Source of the DNA: an uncultured Chloroflexia bacterium
GTDB lineage: Bacteria; Chloroflexota; Limnocylindria; Limnocylindrales; CSP1-4
Direction of reading: 5' to 3'
Length of the DNA: 64,000 bases
Assembly (NCBI GenBank): GCA_963707215.1
Contig: CAVPPB010000001.1
Location: forward strand, 384,001 to 448,000
Below are positions 9,156 to 21,934 of the stretch, one piece after another. Every line of letters starts with the position of its first letter. Positions within the stretch are counted from its first letter, which is position 1. The translations under genes were made by a program, and so were the position numbers. The notes beneath the pieces were generated by a model, which saw only the letters and a list, made by a program, of their open reading frames with translations, did not search any database and was not told the DNA's origin.

Positions 9156-9845
9156 ATGGAGCGCCTGGGGATCCCGGTCGAGCGACTCGGAGCGGTCCTC
9201 GTCGTCTTCGGGGCCGTCGGGATCGGCCTCTCGTTCCTGCTCACGGTGGCGCTCGTCGCCGGATCGGTGGCCGCCCTGTCGGTCGACGAGCGGCTGACCG
9301 AGGTCGGCACGGACGTCGCGACCTCGCTCCACGAGGCGTCTGACGCGATCGGCGATGCGGTCATCACCACCGATCGGGCACGAGCCGCGCTGGGCTCCGG
9401 GTCCGATGCGGTCCGCGAGACGTCCGGTACCCTTGCCACGCTGGCGGAGGCGACGGCCGACCTCGCCGGGGCGCTCGATTTCACGATCTTCGGCCAGCAG
9501 CCGCTGGCCGGCGTCGCCGCGACCTTCGACACGTTCACCGGCGACCTGCGGCGGACCTCACAGGAGCTGACGGTCCTCTCCGCCGACCTCGCCGAGCTCG
9601 ACTCCAGCCTGGGCCCGATCGCCGATGACCTGCGCTCCCTGGAGCGGCGCTTCGATGCCCTCGCAGCCCAATTCGAGTCGGGCGAGGTATTCGCCGGCAT
9701 CGGCACCGCCTTCGGCGTGGGCCTGCTCCTCCTCGCCGGGATGGCTGGCTGGCTGCTGGCGGCAGCGGTCGGCGCAACGTGGATCGGCTGGCGCCTTCGT
9801 CAGCCGATCGCCCCTCGAACCATGGACACGCCCGGGCCGGCCTGA
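9156..9845 (+). CDS. Hypothetical membrane protein (TM - helical domain - TM)
   Basis: Hydrophobic termini flank an amphipathic helical region; TACCAT 7 nt before ATG. Confidence 0.7.
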   Translation: MERLGIPVERLGAVLVVFGAVGIGLSFLLTVALVAGSVAALSVDERLTEVGTDVATSLHEASDAIGDAVITTDRARAALGSGSDAVRETSGTLATLAEATADLAGALDFTIFGQQPLAGVAATFDTFTGDLRRTSQELTVLSADLAELDSSLGPIADDLRSLERRFDALAAQFESGEVFAGIGTAFGVGLLLLAGMAGWLLAAAVGATWIGWRLRQPIAPRTMDTPGPA

Positions 9846-9905
9846 CGGCCGTGACGCAGACCGGGCTCTGCCGTCATCCGGGCCCGCCCAGGGACCGGGA
9901 CCCGC

Positions 9906-12593
<2,688 letters not shown>

Positions 12594-12625
12594 CCGGACA
12601 GGCTCCTGGGACGGCGGGACGGCGG

Positions 12626-12991
12626 TCAGGCCGGGGCCAGCCGGAGGGTCGTGGGCAGGACCTCGGGGCGGACCATGTCGGGTGTCTCGGCCTCGCTCGC
12701 GTACTTCCGCTCGAGGCCGGCCGACGTCCGGGCGATGGAGTCATCGTCGGGGGCGGGCACGGCCCGACAGGCGATCCGGCGGCCGTCCACGTGGATGGCC
12801 ACGCTCGGATCGGCGAGCGCCTCCCGGTACCAGCGGGCGCGGGCGCCGACGTAGGAACGGATGAAGACATCCGTCCCGTCGACGACGACCCAGATGATGG
12901 TCCGGTGGATCGTGCCGTCGATCGATCGAGTCTCGATCTCGACCTCGGCGGTGTCGGCCAGGGCGGCCAGGTCGGACGTATCGAACTGCAT
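12626..12991 (-). CDS. DUF2255 / split-barrel flavin- or F420-binding-like protein
   Basis: EVEIET...HRTIIWVV..D.VFIRSY.G.RARWYR pattern. Confidence 0.7.
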   Translation of the reverse strand: MQFDTSDLAALADTAEVEIETRSIDGTIHRTIIWVVVDGTDVFIRSYVGARARWYREALADPSVAIHVDGRRIACRAVPAPDDDSIARTSAGLERKYASEAETPDMVRPEVLPTTLRLAPA

Positions 12992-13103
12992 GTCCGCAGG
13001 GTACCGTGGACCGATCGGGGGCGCGCAGGCCCGGTCGGTTGCGATCGCGTTGCGGTCCGCCGCCGGCCAAGACGGTTCCGCGACGGTGCGCTAGCGTAGG
13101 GCC

Positions 13104-13709
13104 ATGCCACCCTACGACCCGGCGACCGCCCTCGTCGTCGTCGACGTCCAGAACGACTTCGCCGAGCCCACCGGCAGCTGGCGGTCAGGGTCGGCCTCGC
13201 GATCGTACCCGTCCTCCACGAGGAGGTCGGCCCGGGCCCAGGCGGCCGGAGCCCTCGTCGTCTACACGCAGGACTGGCATCCGGCAGCACACCACGCACT
13301 TCGCCGGGGACGGCGGTATCTGGCCCGTCCACTGCGTCCAGGGACACCTGGGGCGCGGCGCTGCACCCGAGCTCGCCGTGGTCGGGCCCGTGTGCGCAAG
13401 GGAGCCAATGGCGAGGACGGCTACAGCGGCTTCACGATGCGCGATCCGGTGACCGGCGAGACGCGTCCCGACCGAGCTGGCGCCATCCTCCGCGAGCGCG
13501 CCATCGAGCGCGTCGTCGTGGCCGGGCTGGCGACCGACTACTGCGTCAAGGCGACCGCCCTCGACGCGGTCGAGCTCGGCTTCGACACCGTCGTGCTCCT
13601 CGACGCCGTCGCGGCCGTCGACCTCGAGCAGGGTGACGGCGGCCCGGGCCGAGGAGGCGAGCGTGCGCGAGGCCGGCGTCGAGCCTCCGGCGGGCGGCTG
13701 CCGCGATGA
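13104..13709 (+). CDS. pncA: Nicotinamidase/pyrazinamidase (isochorismatase family); frameshifted in this sequence
   Basis: ALVVVDVQNDF, TQDWHP, WPVHCV (other frame), YSGF, GLATDYCVKATALDA. Confidence 0.85.
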   Translation: MPPYDPATALVVVDVQNDFAEPTGSWRSGSASRSYPSSTRRSARAQAAGALVVYTQDWHPAAHHALRRGRRYLARPLRPGTPGARRCTRARRGRARVRKGANGEDGYSGFTMRDPVTGETRPDRAGAILRERAIERVVVAGLATDYCVKATALDAVELGFDTVVLLDAVAAVDLEQGDGGPGRGGERARGRRRASGGRLPR

Positions 13710-14296
13710 TGGCGGACTTGTGCCGGAGCCTCGTTCGCCTCACGGTGCTCGGCGGCGTCGCGGCCTACGCCACCGACCGCATCCTGGCCGCCAGGCGCGG
13801 CGATGGACCGCCGACGCCGATCCGCCGATGGTCGTCATCGACGCACCGATCGAGCGAGTCTGGGAGGAGCTCGCCGACATCGAAGGCCAGCCCCGCTGGA
13901 TGCGGAGATGAAGGCCGTTCGCGTCCGACCCCCGGCCCGATCGGCGTCGGCACGCGGGGCGAGGCCGACGTCCGGATCCTCGGCATCGGGGTCACCGACC
14001 CGGTGGAGATCGTCGAGTTCGACCCGCCGCGACGTTTCGCCATCCGCCACGACGGCGTGTTCAAGGGCGGCGGGGTGATCGAGCTGACAGGCCGGGCACG
14101 GACGGTCGGTCGACGATCGTGACCTGGGACGAGACGCTCATCCCACCCGGCCTACCCGAACTCGGTGCCGCTGTGCAACGACCGATCCTGGCGAGGGTAT
14201 TCCAGGCCGATCTCGATCGTTCCGCGAGCTCCTGGAGACCCCCGCTCCGAGTCCCGATCCGGGCAAGACGCGGGACGAGCCGCCGAACCGGCCTGA
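13706..14296 (+). CDS. SRPBCC/START (polyketide cyclase-like) protein; frameshifted, ends approximate
   Basis: Pieces across frames: VVIDAPIERVWEELADIE..PRWM, GVGTR, EFDPPRRFAIRH, TWDETL, VFQADL. Confidence 0.7.
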
Positions 14297-14315
14297 CCGC
14301 CGACCCGACAGCCCG

Positions 14316-15216
14316 GTGGACCTGCACCCTCGTCGACGCCACCTACGAGCTCTTCCGGGCCCACTTCGCGCCCGCGACCGCCGGTCCGCGGTCGTGATGA
14401 CATCGACCTGAGCGGGGTGACCGGCCTCGTCGACCAGGTCCTGTACCTGCTTCGCGATGAGGAGCGCGACGCACCTCGGCTGCGCCACGGACCGGACGAT
14501 CCGCTCGTTCCGCAACGAGCTGTATGCCGGCTACAAGACCGACGCCGGGGTGCCCGCCGGAGCTGCTCGGCCAGTTCCCCGATCGCCGAGGCGGCCATCG
14601 AGTCGCTCGGGGTCGTGCTGTGGCCGATGGTCGAGTTCGAGGCGGACGATGCGATCGCGACCGCGGCGGCCCGTTGGATCGACGAACCGGCGGTCGATCG
14701 CGTCATCATCGCTCGCCGGACAAGGACATGGCCCAGTGCGTCCGCGAGGATCGGGTGGTGCTCTGGGACCGCCGCCGAGCCGGATCGTCTACGACGACGC
14801 GGGCGTCCGCGCCAAGTGGGGCGTCGATCCCGGCTGCGGTCGCTGACCGGCTGGCGCTGGTGGGCGACGCCTCCGATGGCTACCCGGGCATCCCCGGCTG
14901 GGGAGCCAAGAGCGCCTCGGCCGTGCTGGCACGCTATGGCTCGATCGATGCGATCCCGGAGCCCGGGCCAGGGATTGGGACGTGCCGGCGCTGCGTGGCG
15001 TCGCGGCCCTCGCCGCTGCGCTCGCTCACCATCACGACGAGGTCCGCGCTCTACCGGGAGCTGGCACGTCTGCGAACGGACGCTCCACTCCCCCAGCGCG
15101 AACCCGACGAGCTGCACTGGCACGGCATGCCGCGCGCCGCCTGGAAGCGGTTCTGCGACCAGTGGGGCCTCGAACGACTGCGGGACCGTCCGCATCGCTG
15201 GAGCGACCGCGGGTAG
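14316..15216 (+). CDS. Stand-alone 5'-3' exonuclease / flap endonuclease; frameshifted
   Basis: LVDATYELFRAHF, SFRNELYAGYK, EFEADDAIATAA, SPDKDMAQCV, LALVGDASDGYPGIPGWGAKSA. Confidence 0.85.
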
Positions 15217-15246
15217 GGCTGCCTCCGGGCTGTGCCGCCAGGGTCA

Positions 15247-15262
15247 TGTCGGACACCCGACA
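15247..15262. promoter_or_regulatory. Perfect dyad TGTCGG-N4-CCGACA, candidate operator
   Basis: Intergenic palindrome about 85 nt upstream of the small ORF at 15347. Confidence 0.4.
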
Positions 15263-15346
15263 CCCGGCCTGTCGCCGGCGGGCTGGACCGATCGACGCGT
15301 TCGCCGAGACTGGACCGATCAAGTCAGCGATCGAGCGGAGGCCACG

Positions 15347-15564
15347 ATGAGCCAGGAGCGTCCCACCAGCGACCTCGAGCCACAGGCACGCGCCGACGAG
15401 GCGGCCGAGGAGCCCGACACCGAGGGGAACTCGATGCTCGTCTACGAGCTCGGGCTGACGACCGAGATGGAGCGCCGCCGGCAGGCCGACCAGGCGTCGC
15501 GGGGCGCTGGCGGTCGGCGGCTCCCGCACACCGCCGCCTGGTCGATCGACTCCGGCGACGGTAG
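15347..15564 (+). CDS. Small hypothetical protein with DTEGN motif (likely one frameshift near the 3' end)
   Basis: GGAGG RBS then MSQERPTSDLEPQARADEAAEEPDTEGNSMLVYELG...; a shifted frame gives RLVDRLRRR* at 15564. Confidence 0.55.
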
Positions 15565-15603
15565 CCGCCAAGGGACGAGGTCCTGTGACCTCGGTCCGAT
15601 CGG

Positions 15604-16442
15604 TCAGCCCCTGGCGAGACCCAGCAGCGTCGCGTGGTGGGCGGGCGGTGCGGCGACGAGCCCGAGCTGCCTGGGACTGTGCTCGAGGTCGAACCAGGCG
15701 ACCGCCCGGAAGTCGGTGACGACGGCGCCGGAGCGTTCGGCGATGAGCCCCGCGGCGGCCACGTCCCAGGTCGACAGGCCCGCCTTGCTGGACGAAGGCG
15801 TCGAAGCGGCCGTTCGCGACGTAGGCGAGGGCGAGCGCCGCCGAGCCCATCGAGCGCGGGATGCGTACCGCTCGCCGACGGCTCGCGAGCGGGTGGCGAC
15901 GGCTCGTCCGCCGAGGGCGAGCGAGATCACGAAGTCGGACAGCCGGTCTTTGTCGCTTACCGTGACCGGTGGCCCCACAGCGTCGCTGGACCGTCGACGG
16001 TGGCCGCATAGGTCTCGTCGCGCGTCGGGTCGCGGACGACCCCGACGCGTCGGCCGTCCGTCGATGACGAGGGCGATCGAGACGCAGAAGAACGGGATGC
16101 CGTTCGCGTAGTTGACCGTCCCGTCGAGCGGATCGACGATCCATGTCCGCCCCAGCGACGCCCCACCGCGACGCCGTCGCGACGCTGGTGCTCGCCCGAC
16201 TCCTCGGCCAGGATCGCGTCCCCCGGGAAAGCGGGATCGGATGGCCTCGAGGATGAGAGCTTCCGAAGCATGGTCCGCCTCGGTCACGATGTCGCGCGGT
16301 GACTTGTAATCGATCCGCTCGAGCCACTCGTAGCGATCCATAAGGAGGCCGGCCGGCCGCCTCGGCATCTCGACGGTGAAGACGCAGCTCGGCGCCCAGG
16401 TCCGGGACGCGCCGGGCATCGTCGACCCGGGACGCGGGTCAC
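15604..16442 (-). CDS. Inositol monophosphatase family (SuhB-like); frameshifted
   Basis: DIVTEADHASE, ILAEES, WIVDPLDGTVNYANG, MGSAALALAYVANGRFD, WDVAAAGLIAE. Confidence 0.85.
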
Positions 16443-16947
16443 AGGCTCGCGCAGGCGTCGGCCGCGACGCCGTCGGCGACTCCCGAGCTCGGTGATCCGG
16501 GAGAAGGTGATCGTCGCGCCGGCCCCGACCCGGGGTGACTGGAGAAGCGCGGTCTCGGGCCGACGCCCAGCTCGGGTCGTAGACGCGGCAGGTCGTCGAT
16601 GCCGGATCGCGTGCCCGTCGTTGGTGACGGTGACGGTGACGAGAGGCCGGGCGGTCGGAGACGATCGCCGCGAGTCGTGGCCCGGAACGGACCGGCCCCC
16701 GGAGCGCGAAGCCGGCGAGCAGCGCCAGGCCGATCGACGGCGATGCCGACGCCCACGAACACCGTGCCGTGCACCTGCGAGCTGGACGGCTGGGAGAGAC
16801 CGAGCGGATTGCACGGTCGCACATCGCGACGTCGAGCGGGACAGGTGCGCCGCAACGGACGCAGCCGTGCGTCGGCGCGCCAGTCGACGCGGCTCGCGGA
16901 AGCCGCCCGGCGCAGCGGGTGTCGAGAGGTCACGGTGGGTCGCTCAT
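16439..16947 (-). CDS. Hypothetical zinc-ribbon + TM + extracellular beta-domain protein; frameshifted, start approximate
   Basis: Reconstructed GCVRCGAPVPLDVAMCDRCNPLG, SQVHGTVFVGVGIA.IGLALLA TM, VTVTVTNDG..CRVYDP. Confidence 0.55.
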
Positions 16948-17040
16948 CGACGGGATGGTGCCATGGTCGTGGCGAGGACGCTGGCGACCGGGTCCGCGAC
17001 CGGCGGATCCTCCGGGCCGCGGGCCCGCGGCCCGGTCGGC

Positions 17041-17900
17041 TCACCAGCGCTCGGCGGCGGCCAGGAGGGCGTCGATGTCCGCCGGAGTCCGGGCCTGCAT
17101 CACGACCCCGTCGGCGCCACGTGCCCGCCAGGCCGCCAGCGTCTCCAGGGGACGCTCACCCACGGCGAGCCGACGAGAGCGTCGCCAGTGCCCCAGCCCT
17201 CCTGGACCCCGAGCAGGACGACCGTGTCGTCGCGCCGGCGCCCGGCGTCGGCGAGGGCGTCGACGTAGATCGTGACGAGTTCGCTCGAACCGGTCGCTGA
17301 AGCCGGTCCAACCGTCTCCGATCCGGGCCGCCAGGCGAGCTCCGGCCCGGGTCTCGCCGCCGACGACGATCGGCGGCGGAGCGGTCCGGCACCGGATGGG
17401 CGACCGCGTCCCGGAGCGGGTAGAACGGGCTCGGCCGGTCGACCGGGCCGCCGGACCAGAGGGCCCGGATCACCGCCACGGCCTCCTCCAGGCGGGCCAC
17501 GCGCTCGGGCACGTCCGGGAACGGGATCCCGTACGCCTCGTGCTCGTCCGGATGGCCGCCGATCCCGATGCCCAGCACGGCCCGACCCCCCGAAGCCGCC
17601 TGGAGCGTGCCCACCATCCGGGCCAGGACGGCCGGATGCCGGTTCATCACGTTCGTGACGAAGGATCCCACGCTGAGCTCGCGGGTCGTCGCCAGCGGCC
17701 ATCGCCAGCATCGACCAGCACTCGAGGACCGGGGTCGTCGTCGATCGCCACGACCGATGAAGTGGTCCCAGGCCCAGACGCCGGCGTAGCCGGCCTCGTC
17801 GAGACGCCGGGCCGAGTCCAGCCACCAGCCGGCGTCCGCCCCGATGACGCCGATGGCGACCCCGATCGGCAGCCGACCACGCCGCAGGAACGCTCGAGGG
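17041..17900 (-). CDS. LLM-class (luciferase-like) flavin/F420-dependent oxidoreductase; frameshifted, start approximate
   Basis: GVWAWDHF, VLECWSML, GSFVTNVMNRHPAVLARM, SGGRAVLGIGIGG, RLEEAVAVIRALW. Confidence 0.85.
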
Positions 17901-17936
17901 TCGGGTGGGTCGGCGGTCGTTCCACCGGCCGGCGAC

Positions 17937-18785
17937 CTAGAGGCCGGTCTCGAAGAGTCGGACGTCCTCGGGCGCGACGACGTGGCCGTCGCCGCGGCTG
18001 TGGCGGAGCGCTTCGCGCGCCCCGAGCGAGTCGAGGTCGGCCGGGAAGCGCCGGATCATCTCCAGGACCACCTTCTGGACCCGGGCGGCGTTCTGCTGGA
18101 AGACCTCGAGGACGGACTCGGCGTCGACTGCCTCGGTACCCTCGATGACCCCCGCGTCGTAGTCGGTGATGAGGCTGATGTTCACGACCGCCATGCCCAG
18201 CTCCCGACAGAGGTAGGCCTCGGGGTACTGGGTCATGTTGATGACCTCCCAGCCGGCGGCAGAGAACCACGTCGACTCCGCCTTCGTCGAGAACCGGGGC
18301 CCGTTGATGACCACGACCGTGCCGCGCTCGTAGAACGGGATGCCCTGCTCGCGGATGACATCCGCGGCGATCGCCCGGAGGGTGGGGTCGTAGATCTCGG
18401 CGGAGCTGACGTGGCTGACGACCGGGCCGTCGAAGAACGTGTCGTCGCGGCCGCTGGTCCGGTCGACGAACTGGTCGCAGGTGACGAACGATCCAGGCTC
18501 GACGTGGCGCTGGAGCGACCCGGCCGAGCAGGGGCTGATGACCGCCTTGACGCCGAGCGCGCGCATCGCCCAGACGTTCGCCCGGTAGTTGATCCGGTGG
18601 GGCGGGATGCTGTGGCGACGCCCGTGGCGGGGCAGGAAGGCCACCGCGCGCCCGCCGACGTCGGCCAGGAAGACGCTGTCGGACGGCGGGCCGTAGGGCG
18701 TGTCGACCTTGATCTCGCGGACATCGTCGAGGAGCGAGTAGAACCCCGAGCCTCCGAACACCCCGATCTCCGCCCTGTCCGTCAT
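17937..18785 (-). CDS. mtnP: S-methyl-5'-thioadenosine phosphorylase
   Basis: IGVFGGSG, TPYGPPS, FLPRHG, INYRAN, GPRFSTKAES, INMT..PEA, TDYD. Confidence 0.93.
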   Translation of the reverse strand: MTDRAEIGVFGGSGFYSLLDDVREIKVDTPYGPPSDSVFLADVGGRAVAFLPRHGRRHSIPPHRINYRANVWAMRALGVKAVISPCSAGSLQRHVEPGSFVTCDQFVDRTSGRDDTFFDGPVVSHVSSAEIYDPTLRAIAADVIREQGIPFYERGTVVVINGPRFSTKAESTWFSAAGWEVINMTQYPEAYLCRELGMAVVNISLITDYDAGVIEGTEAVDAESVLEVFQQNAARVQKVVLEMIRRFPADLDSLGAREALRHSRGDGHVVAPEDVRLFETGL

Positions 18786-18939
18786 CGACCGACCTCCCTG
18801 CTTCCCATCCGGCGTGGGCCGGGCAATTCTAGGCGTCCGTGACCGGCCTGTCGCCCGTCGGCCGCGGCGCCTCCAAGCGGTCGCCCGACACGAGCCTGGG
18901 CCGGGAGCGCCTCGCCCTCGCCCGTCGTACCATCGCGGC

Positions 18940-19374
18940 ATGCCCGACCCCGTGACGCTCACCGCCGACCAGCGCGCCTTCCTTGGCGACCTCCACTTCG
19001 CCACGCTCGGCACGGTCGCCGAGGACGGATCGCCGCGCCAGGCGGTCGTCTGGTACGGGATCGAGAGGGACGGCTCCATCCTCGTCAACAGCGCGGAGGG
19101 CAGGCGCTGGCCGGCCGACCTGCGGCGCGACCCCCGGGTCAGCGTCGCCATCCCGGATCGGTCGGACGGCTACCGATGGATCGGCATCAAGGGTGTCGTC
19201 GAGGCCATCGTCGACGAACAGGGCGTCGCCCAGGCCGACATCGCGGCGCTCGCCCGCCGCTACCACGAGGACGAACCCGAGAAGGCGGAGCGCCTGATCC
19301 GGGAACGCTTCGAGCGCCAGCACCGGGTCTCGTTCCGGATCCGCCCGCTGGCGATCCACGACCACCTGGACTGA
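18940..19374 (+). CDS. PPOX-class (FDOR) F420-dependent oxidoreductase
   Basis: FATLGTVAEDGSPRQAVVWY, LRRDPRVSV, RVSFRIRP; next to cof genes. Confidence 0.85.
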   Translation: MPDPVTLTADQRAFLGDLHFATLGTVAEDGSPRQAVVWYGIERDGSILVNSAEGRRWPADLRRDPRVSVAIPDRSDGYRWIGIKGVVEAIVDEQGVAQADIAALARRYHEDEPEKAERLIRERFERQHRVSFRIRPLAIHDHLD

Positions 19375-19390
19375 GGGCCCGGGGTCGTCG

Positions 19391-20380
19391 ATGGGCGAAG
19401 CGGGCCGGGCGTCCTCCGGCGCCAACGGGGGCCGGGATCCCGTCGTCCTGCTTGCCGGAGGGGTCGGCGGGGCGCGGCTGGGCCACGGCCTGCAGGCCCA
19501 GCTGGGCGAGGACCTGGTGGTCGTCGTCAACACTGCCGACGATCTGGAGCGCCACGGCCTCGTCATCTGGCCCGACCACGACACCGTCCTCTACACGCTC
19601 GCTGGCCTCGACGACCGCGAACGCGGCTGGGGGCTGCGCGACGAGACGTGGGCGACGATCGACGCTCTCGGCAGGCTGGGCGAGCCGACCTGGTTCCGGC
19701 TGGGAGACCGCGACCTCGCGACCCATCTCGTGCGGACCGAGCTGCTGGGTTCCGGCTGGCGGCCGACCGAGGTGGCCCTCGACCTGCGCCGGCGCTTCGG
19801 CGTCGTCGCCACGATCCTGCCGATGACCGACGATCCCGTCCGGACCGCGGTCCGGACGGACGATGGCTGGCTGCCGTTCCAGGACTACTTCGTCCGGCTC
19901 GGCCAGGCACCCGAGGTCCGCGAGGTCCGTTTCGACGGCGTCGACGCTGCCCGACCGACCCCGGAGGCCCTGCGGGCCATCGCCGCTGCCCGGACCATCC
20001 TCGTCGCCCCCTCGAACCCGTTCGTCTCGATCGGCCCGATCCTCGCCGTCCCGGGCTTGCGAACAGCCGTTGACGACGCCCGAGGGCGGGGGGTCCCGAT
20101 CATCGGCGTCTCGCCGATCGTGGGCGGCCGGGCGATCAAGGGCCCAGCCGACCGGATGCTCGTCTCACTGGGCGGCGAGGCTTCCGCGCTCGGGGTCGCC
20201 CGTCAGCTCCGCGACCTGCTCACGGGCTTCGTCGTCGACGAGGTCGATGCCGAGCAGGTCCCGGCGATCGAAGCGCTCGGCCTCGTGGTGGTGGTCGCCG
20301 ATTCGATCATGCGCGACGATGCCGCCCGGGCCGGGCTGGCGGCGGCCGTCCTGGGCCTGGCCGAGCGGACCCGGGGCTGA
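19391..20380 (+). CDS. cofD: 2-phospho-L-lactate/PEP transferase (F420 biosynthesis, CofD/FbiA)
   Basis: LAGGVGGAR, VNTADD, PDHDTVLYTLAG, WFRLGDRDLATH, APSNPFVSIGPIL, KGPADRM. Confidence 0.95.
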   Translation: MGEAGRASSGANGGRDPVVLLAGGVGGARLGHGLQAQLGEDLVVVVNTADDLERHGLVIWPDHDTVLYTLAGLDDRERGWGLRDETWATIDALGRLGEPTWFRLGDRDLATHLVRTELLGSGWRPTEVALDLRRRFGVVATILPMTDDPVRTAVRTDDGWLPFQDYFVRLGQAPEVREVRFDGVDAARPTPEALRAIAAARTILVAPSNPFVSIGPILAVPGLRTAVDDARGRGVPIIGVSPIVGGRAIKGPADRMLVSLGGEASALGVARQLRDLLTGFVVDEVDAEQVPAIEALGLVVVVADSIMRDDAARAGLAAAVLGLAERTRG

Positions 20381-20419
20381 GGCCGCCCGGCGGCCGCCGG
20401 GCAGCGGTAGCATCCGGGT

Positions 20420-21100
20420 ATGCCGATGCCCCACCGCGACGGCCGGATCGTCGCCGTCATCCCGGTCCGCGGCCTCGAGGGCGCGAAGTCCCGGCTTGGC
20501 GGCGTGCTCGACCCGGAGGAGCGTCGCGACCTGGTGAGCACGCTCCTGCGGCGGGTCGTCGAAGCGGCAGCGGCGGCGGCGGAGATCAGCGAGGTCGTCG
20601 TCGTCAGCCCGGACCCGGCGGCTCTGGAGCTCGCGGTGGAGGCGGGAGCGCGGCCCCTGCTCCAGCACGGGGCGGGCCTGAACGAGGCCCTCCAGGAGGC
20701 CCGGGCCGACGTGCTTCGCGATGGTCCGGCCGACCTCCTCATCCTGCCCGCCGATCTCCCGGAGATCGATCCGGCTGCGATCGCGACGATGGTCCGGGGC
20801 GCCGACCAGCGCCCGGGCGTGGTGCTCGCACCGGACCGCCACGGACGCGGGACGAACGCCCTGCTCCTGGCCCCGGCCGGGACCATCGATTTCGCGTTCG
20901 GCGGCGACAGCCGCTCGGCCCACGCCCGGGCCAGCCATGCTGCAGGTGCGGGCTATCGCGAGATCGACGCCGGGTTGTCGCTCGACCTCGACACTCCCGA
21001 CGACCTGCTCCTCCATGAGACCCGGGCGACCGAGAGGCGGTCGACGTCGCTCGACCTCGGCGCATCCACGGCGCGCCGGGCCGCCACCGACCCTCGATGA
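20420..21100 (+). CDS. cofC: 2-phospho-L-lactate/PEP guanylyltransferase (CofC/FbiD)
   Basis: IPVR..AKSRL, GLNEAL, PADLP, APDRHGRGTNAL, FGGDS..H, DLDTPDDL. Confidence 0.93.
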   Translation: MPMPHRDGRIVAVIPVRGLEGAKSRLGGVLDPEERRDLVSTLLRRVVEAAAAAAEISEVVVVSPDPAALELAVEAGARPLLQHGAGLNEALQEARADVLRDGPADLLILPADLPEIDPAAIATMVRGADQRPGVVLAPDRHGRGTNALLLAPAGTIDFAFGGDSRSAHARASHAAGAGYREIDAGLSLDLDTPDDLLLHETRATERRSTSLDLGASTARRAATDPR

Positions 21101-21864
21101 CGTCCTCGATCACCGTCCTGGCGCTCGAAGGGATCCCGGAGGTCATCCCCGGTGACGACCTCGGCCGGCTGCTCGTCGAGGCCATCCGGGCCACGCCCGG
21201 CGTCCCACCCGTCCGCCCCGACGACGTCCTGGTGGTCACCCAGAAGGTCGTCTCGAAAGCCGAGGGCGCCGTCGTGGACCTCTCGATGGTCGAGCCGCGA
21301 CCGGAGGCGGTGGCCTTCGCCGAGCGGTGGGATCGCGACGCGCGCCAGATCGAGGTCGTGCTCCGGGAGGCCCGTCGGGTCGTCCGCATGGAGCGAGGCA
21401 TCCTGATCACCGAGACCGAGCACGGGTTCGTCTGTGCCAACGGCGGGGTCGACGCGTCGAACGTCGGCCCCCGCTCGGGCGAGCACGTGACCCTGCTACC
21501 GCGGGATCCGGACGCCTCCGCGACCCGCCTCCGGAGCGCGATCCTCGAGGGCCTTGGCGTCGACCTGCCGGTCGTCATCTCGGACAGCTTCGGCCGCCCC
21601 TGGCGCTGGGGCATCGTCGACGTCGCCATCGGCGTCTCGGGCCTCCATCCGCTCCAGGACCTGCGGGGCATCCCGGACGTGGATGGGCGGCCGATGCGGG
21701 TCACGATCCGGGCGGTCGCGGACGAGCTGGCTTCGGCGGCCGAGCTGGCCCTCGGGAAGGTCGGCCGACGGCCGGCCGCCATCGTCCGCGGGGCCGACCC
21801 GCCGCTGGGCGAGGGCTCGATCCGCGAGGCCCTGATGGAGTCGACTGCCGACCTCTTCCGCTAG
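21097..21864 (+). CDS. cofE: Coenzyme F420-0:L-glutamate ligase (CofE, no fused nitroreductase domain)
   Basis: GIPEV.PGDDL, VVTQKVVSKAEG, HGFVCANGGVDASN, LPRDPDASA, SDSFGRPWR, ADELASAA, DLFR. Confidence 0.95.
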   Translation: MTSSITVLALEGIPEVIPGDDLGRLLVEAIRATPGVPPVRPDDVLVVTQKVVSKAEGAVVDLSMVEPRPEAVAFAERWDRDARQIEVVLREARRVVRMERGILITETEHGFVCANGGVDASNVGPRSGEHVTLLPRDPDASATRLRSAILEGLGVDLPVVISDSFGRPWRWGIVDVAIGVSGLHPLQDLRGIPDVDGRPMRVTIRAVADELASAAELALGKVGRRPAAIVRGADPPLGEGSIREALMESTADLFR

Positions 21865-21934
21865 GCTGCGGCCATCCGACGTCCCCGCGGGGCCGAAGGA
21901 CGGACAGCATCGGATCCCCGGGAGGCCTGACCGG

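Noticed and set aside
13104-17900. Programmed frameshifting, DGR hypermutation or a pseudogene island
   Set aside because: Indels are scattered over unrelated genes, catalytic residues are kept, and there is no reverse transcriptase or repeat pair; sequencing error is the simpler explanation
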